Assembly (NCBI GenBank): GCA_034408725.1
Contig: JAWXCN010000099.1
Span: 1-17,571 of the forward strand
DNA: 17,571 nucleotides
Source: Candidatus Hydrogenedentota bacterium
GTDB taxonomy: Bacteria; Hydrogenedentota; Hydrogenedentia; Hydrogenedentales; SLHB01
Direction: 5' to 3'
The translations under genes and the position numbers were made by a program. Shown here one piece after another: positions 15,811-17,571 of this stretch. Under the pieces are notes generated by a model that worked only from the letters and a program-made list of their open reading frames with translations, was not told the origin of the DNA and ran no database searches. Positions within the stretch are counted from its first letter, which is position 1. Each line of letters opens with the position of its first letter.

Positions 15811-16857
15811 GTGCGCAACTCTGACAAGCAAAAATCTCAACTCGCGGGTTGCTTGATTGGGTGCGCCGTTGGCGATGCTCTGGGCCTATCTCGCGAAGGA
15901 ATTTCCCCGCGCCGTGCGATGCGGTTGTTTGGGCCCGCAACGCGGTACAGTTTTTTTTCGGGCTATGGCTTTGTTTCTGACGACACTGACCATCACTGCC
16001 TGGTGGCAAACGCGCTCATGACATCGGGCGGCGACCCTGTCAAATTTGAACCAACCCTCGCTCGAAACCTTCGTCGCTGGCTTTTCACGATTCCGCCAGG
16101 CATTGGGTTTGCCACGCTTCGCGCACTTCTGAAGCTTTGTCTTGGTTTCGGTCCCGCCAAGAGCGGCGTATTTTCCGCAGGTAACGGTCCCGCCATGCGC
16201 GCCGCCATCATAGGTTTGTATGCGGACGATGAACTGCACTTAAAGGAACTCGTTGAACGCGCGACGCGCATTACACACACAGACCCACAAGCATTTCACT
16301 CGGCACATGCCATCGCCTTAGTTGCCAGGCTTGCTGCCGCCAACGACAACGTCATTGCCGCGGATTTCCGAACCTACCCGCGATCCTACATGGCGGAAGC
16401 GCAAAATGAGATGCTGGATTTTATTGATCGTGTCACTGATGCGGCTGATATTTCGACTGCCGACTTCGCCGTTCGGCTCGGCCTCTCATCGGGAGTGTCC
16501 GGTTACGCGTTACACACGGTACCCATCTGTCTTCACGCATGGCTTACCAACCAACGCGATTTTCTGGCGACTGTTCGTGCCGCCATCGAGTGCGGCGGTG
16601 ATGCCGACACAACGGGCGCGATCGCAGGTGCGCTTGCGGGATCGCAATTAGGATTGGACTCGATTCCCAACGAATTTCGATCAAAGCTTGTTTCAGCCCC
16701 GTGGTCACACACCTGGATTGAGCGAATCGCTGACGCATTGGTAAACCGTGATCAACTACGAACGCCAGTAATGTTCAGCAAACTGGCACTCCGTAACCTG
16801 GCGACGCTCGCAGTGATATTCCTGCATATTTTTCGGCGAGCGCTACCTCCTTATTAA
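15811..16857 (+). CDS. ADP-ribosylglycohydrolase family protein (DraG/ARH-like)
   Basis: GCLIGCAVGDALG, SDDTD, SAGNGPAMRAA, TRITHTD and GGDADTTGAIAGALAG metal-binding motifs. Confidence 0.93.
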   Translation: MRNSDKQKSQLAGCLIGCAVGDALGLSREGISPRRAMRLFGPATRYSFFSGYGFVSDDTDHHCLVANALMTSGGDPVKFEPTLARNLRRWLFTIPPGIGFATLRALLKLCLGFGPAKSGVFSAGNGPAMRAAIIGLYADDELHLKELVERATRITHTDPQAFHSAHAIALVARLAAANDNVIAADFRTYPRSYMAEAQNEMLDFIDRVTDAADISTADFAVRLGLSSGVSGYALHTVPICLHAWLTNQRDFLATVRAAIECGGDADTTGAIAGALAGSQLGLDSIPNEFRSKLVSAPWSHTWIERIADALVNRDQLRTPVMFSKLALRNLATLAVIFLHIFRRALPPY

Positions 16858-16871
16858 ATGTTGCGCCCCAA

Positions 16872-16938
16872 TTGACATCATTGTTGTGCAGTGCGAGAAT
16901 AAAACTGAACGGACGGTAGGTATATACGGTAGGTATAT
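16872..16938 (+). promoter_or_regulatory. Promoter TTGACA-N17-GAGAAT followed by a tandem 13-bp direct repeat (ACGGTAGGTATAT x2)
   Basis: Consensus -35 at 16872-16877, TGcGAGAAT at 16892-16900, and repeats at 16913-16925 and 16926-16938 directly before the AAGGA RBS. Confidence 0.55.
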
Positions 16939-16950
16939 AAGGACCCACCC

Positions 16951-17571
16951 ATGAGCAACGATGCCGCGCTTCAGGAAAAGCAGATTGAAATGGCGAAGGA
17001 ACTCCTCTTTTCCGGGGAGCGGTTGCCGAGTTTTGCGCAGGGGTTGTTCATTGGGGCGTTTGACGCGGCGCGGGTGTTTCCATTTCCAGAGGTGTCGGCG
17101 GAAGAGACGCGGCGGGCGGAGGAGTATTGCGCGCGGCTGAACGCGTGGGCGGACGAGAATCTCGACCCGGACAAAATCGATCGCGACGCGCTGATTCCGG
17201 ATCACGTCGTGAAAGGCCTCGCCGATCTTGGCCTTTTGGGCTGCACGATCGCGAAGGAATATGGCGGCCTCGAATTTTCCCATTACGCCTATTGCCGGAT
17301 GGTGGAAGAAATCGCGCGGCGCTGCGGCGCGACGACGTTGTTCATCAACGCGCACCAGAGCATCGGCATGAAGGCATTGCTGCTGTACGGGTCGCAGGCG
17401 CAGAAGGACAAATGGCTGCCACCCTTGGCGCGCGGCGAAATTCTTGCCGCGTTTGCGCTGACGGAACCGAATGCGGGGTCTGATGCGAACGGCGTCGAGA
17501 CCCGCGCGATATACGATCCCGCGCGCAAGGCGTATGTGATCAACGGCCAGAAGCAGTGGATCACCAACGGC
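16951..17571 (+). CDS. Acyl-CoA dehydrogenase (VLCAD/ACAD9-like), 3'-truncated; absent from the ORF track
   Basis: Hand translation: MSNDAALQEKQIEMAKELLFSGERLPSFAQGLFIG...KEYGGLEFS...NAHQSIGMKALLLYGSQAQKDKWLPPLARGEILAAFALTEPNAGSDA...INGQKQWITNG; AAGGA RBS 7 nt upstream. Confidence 0.95.
   Translation, partial: MSNDAALQEKQIEMAKELLFSGERLPSFAQGLFIGAFDAARVFPFPEVSAEETRRAEEYCARLNAWADENLDPDKIDRDALIPDHVVKGLADLGLLGCTIAKEYGGLEFSHYAYCRMVEEIARRCGATTLFINAHQSIGMKALLLYGSQAQKDKWLPPLARGEILAAFALTEPNAGSDANGVETRAIYDPARKAYVINGQKQWITNG

Overview
GC-rich bacterial chromosomal window, mostly housekeeping genes. In order: 5'-truncated dihydrolipoamide dehydrogenase (lpdA), uvrA, 5-formyl-THF cyclo-ligase, a secreted glycoside-hydrolase-like protein, a DJ-1/PfpI protein, a stand-alone WcaJ/WbaP-type sugar phosphotransferase, a minus-strand ftsK-rodZ-like-pgsA-alr cluster, a lower-GC three-gene patch (membrane protein, minimal nucleotidyltransferase fused to two TM helices, ADP-ribosylglycohydrolase) and a 3'-truncated acyl-CoA dehydrogenase. 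The best signal is missing from the ORF track: two tandem paralogous micro-ORFs (6342-6440, 32 aa; 6468-6560, 30 aa). Each has its own GAAGGAG ribosome-binding site, a conserved MKHVKxxSQxxxPKMAA N-terminus that differs mostly by synonymous changes, and a Lys/Pro/Ala-rich tail. Also notable are a duplicated REP/REPIN-like palindromic element (7489-7853), an SOS-box-like operator in front of the DJ-1 gene, an MNT-2TM fusion with no HEPN partner, and several apparently leaderless genes. Everything was read by eye; no database searches were run.
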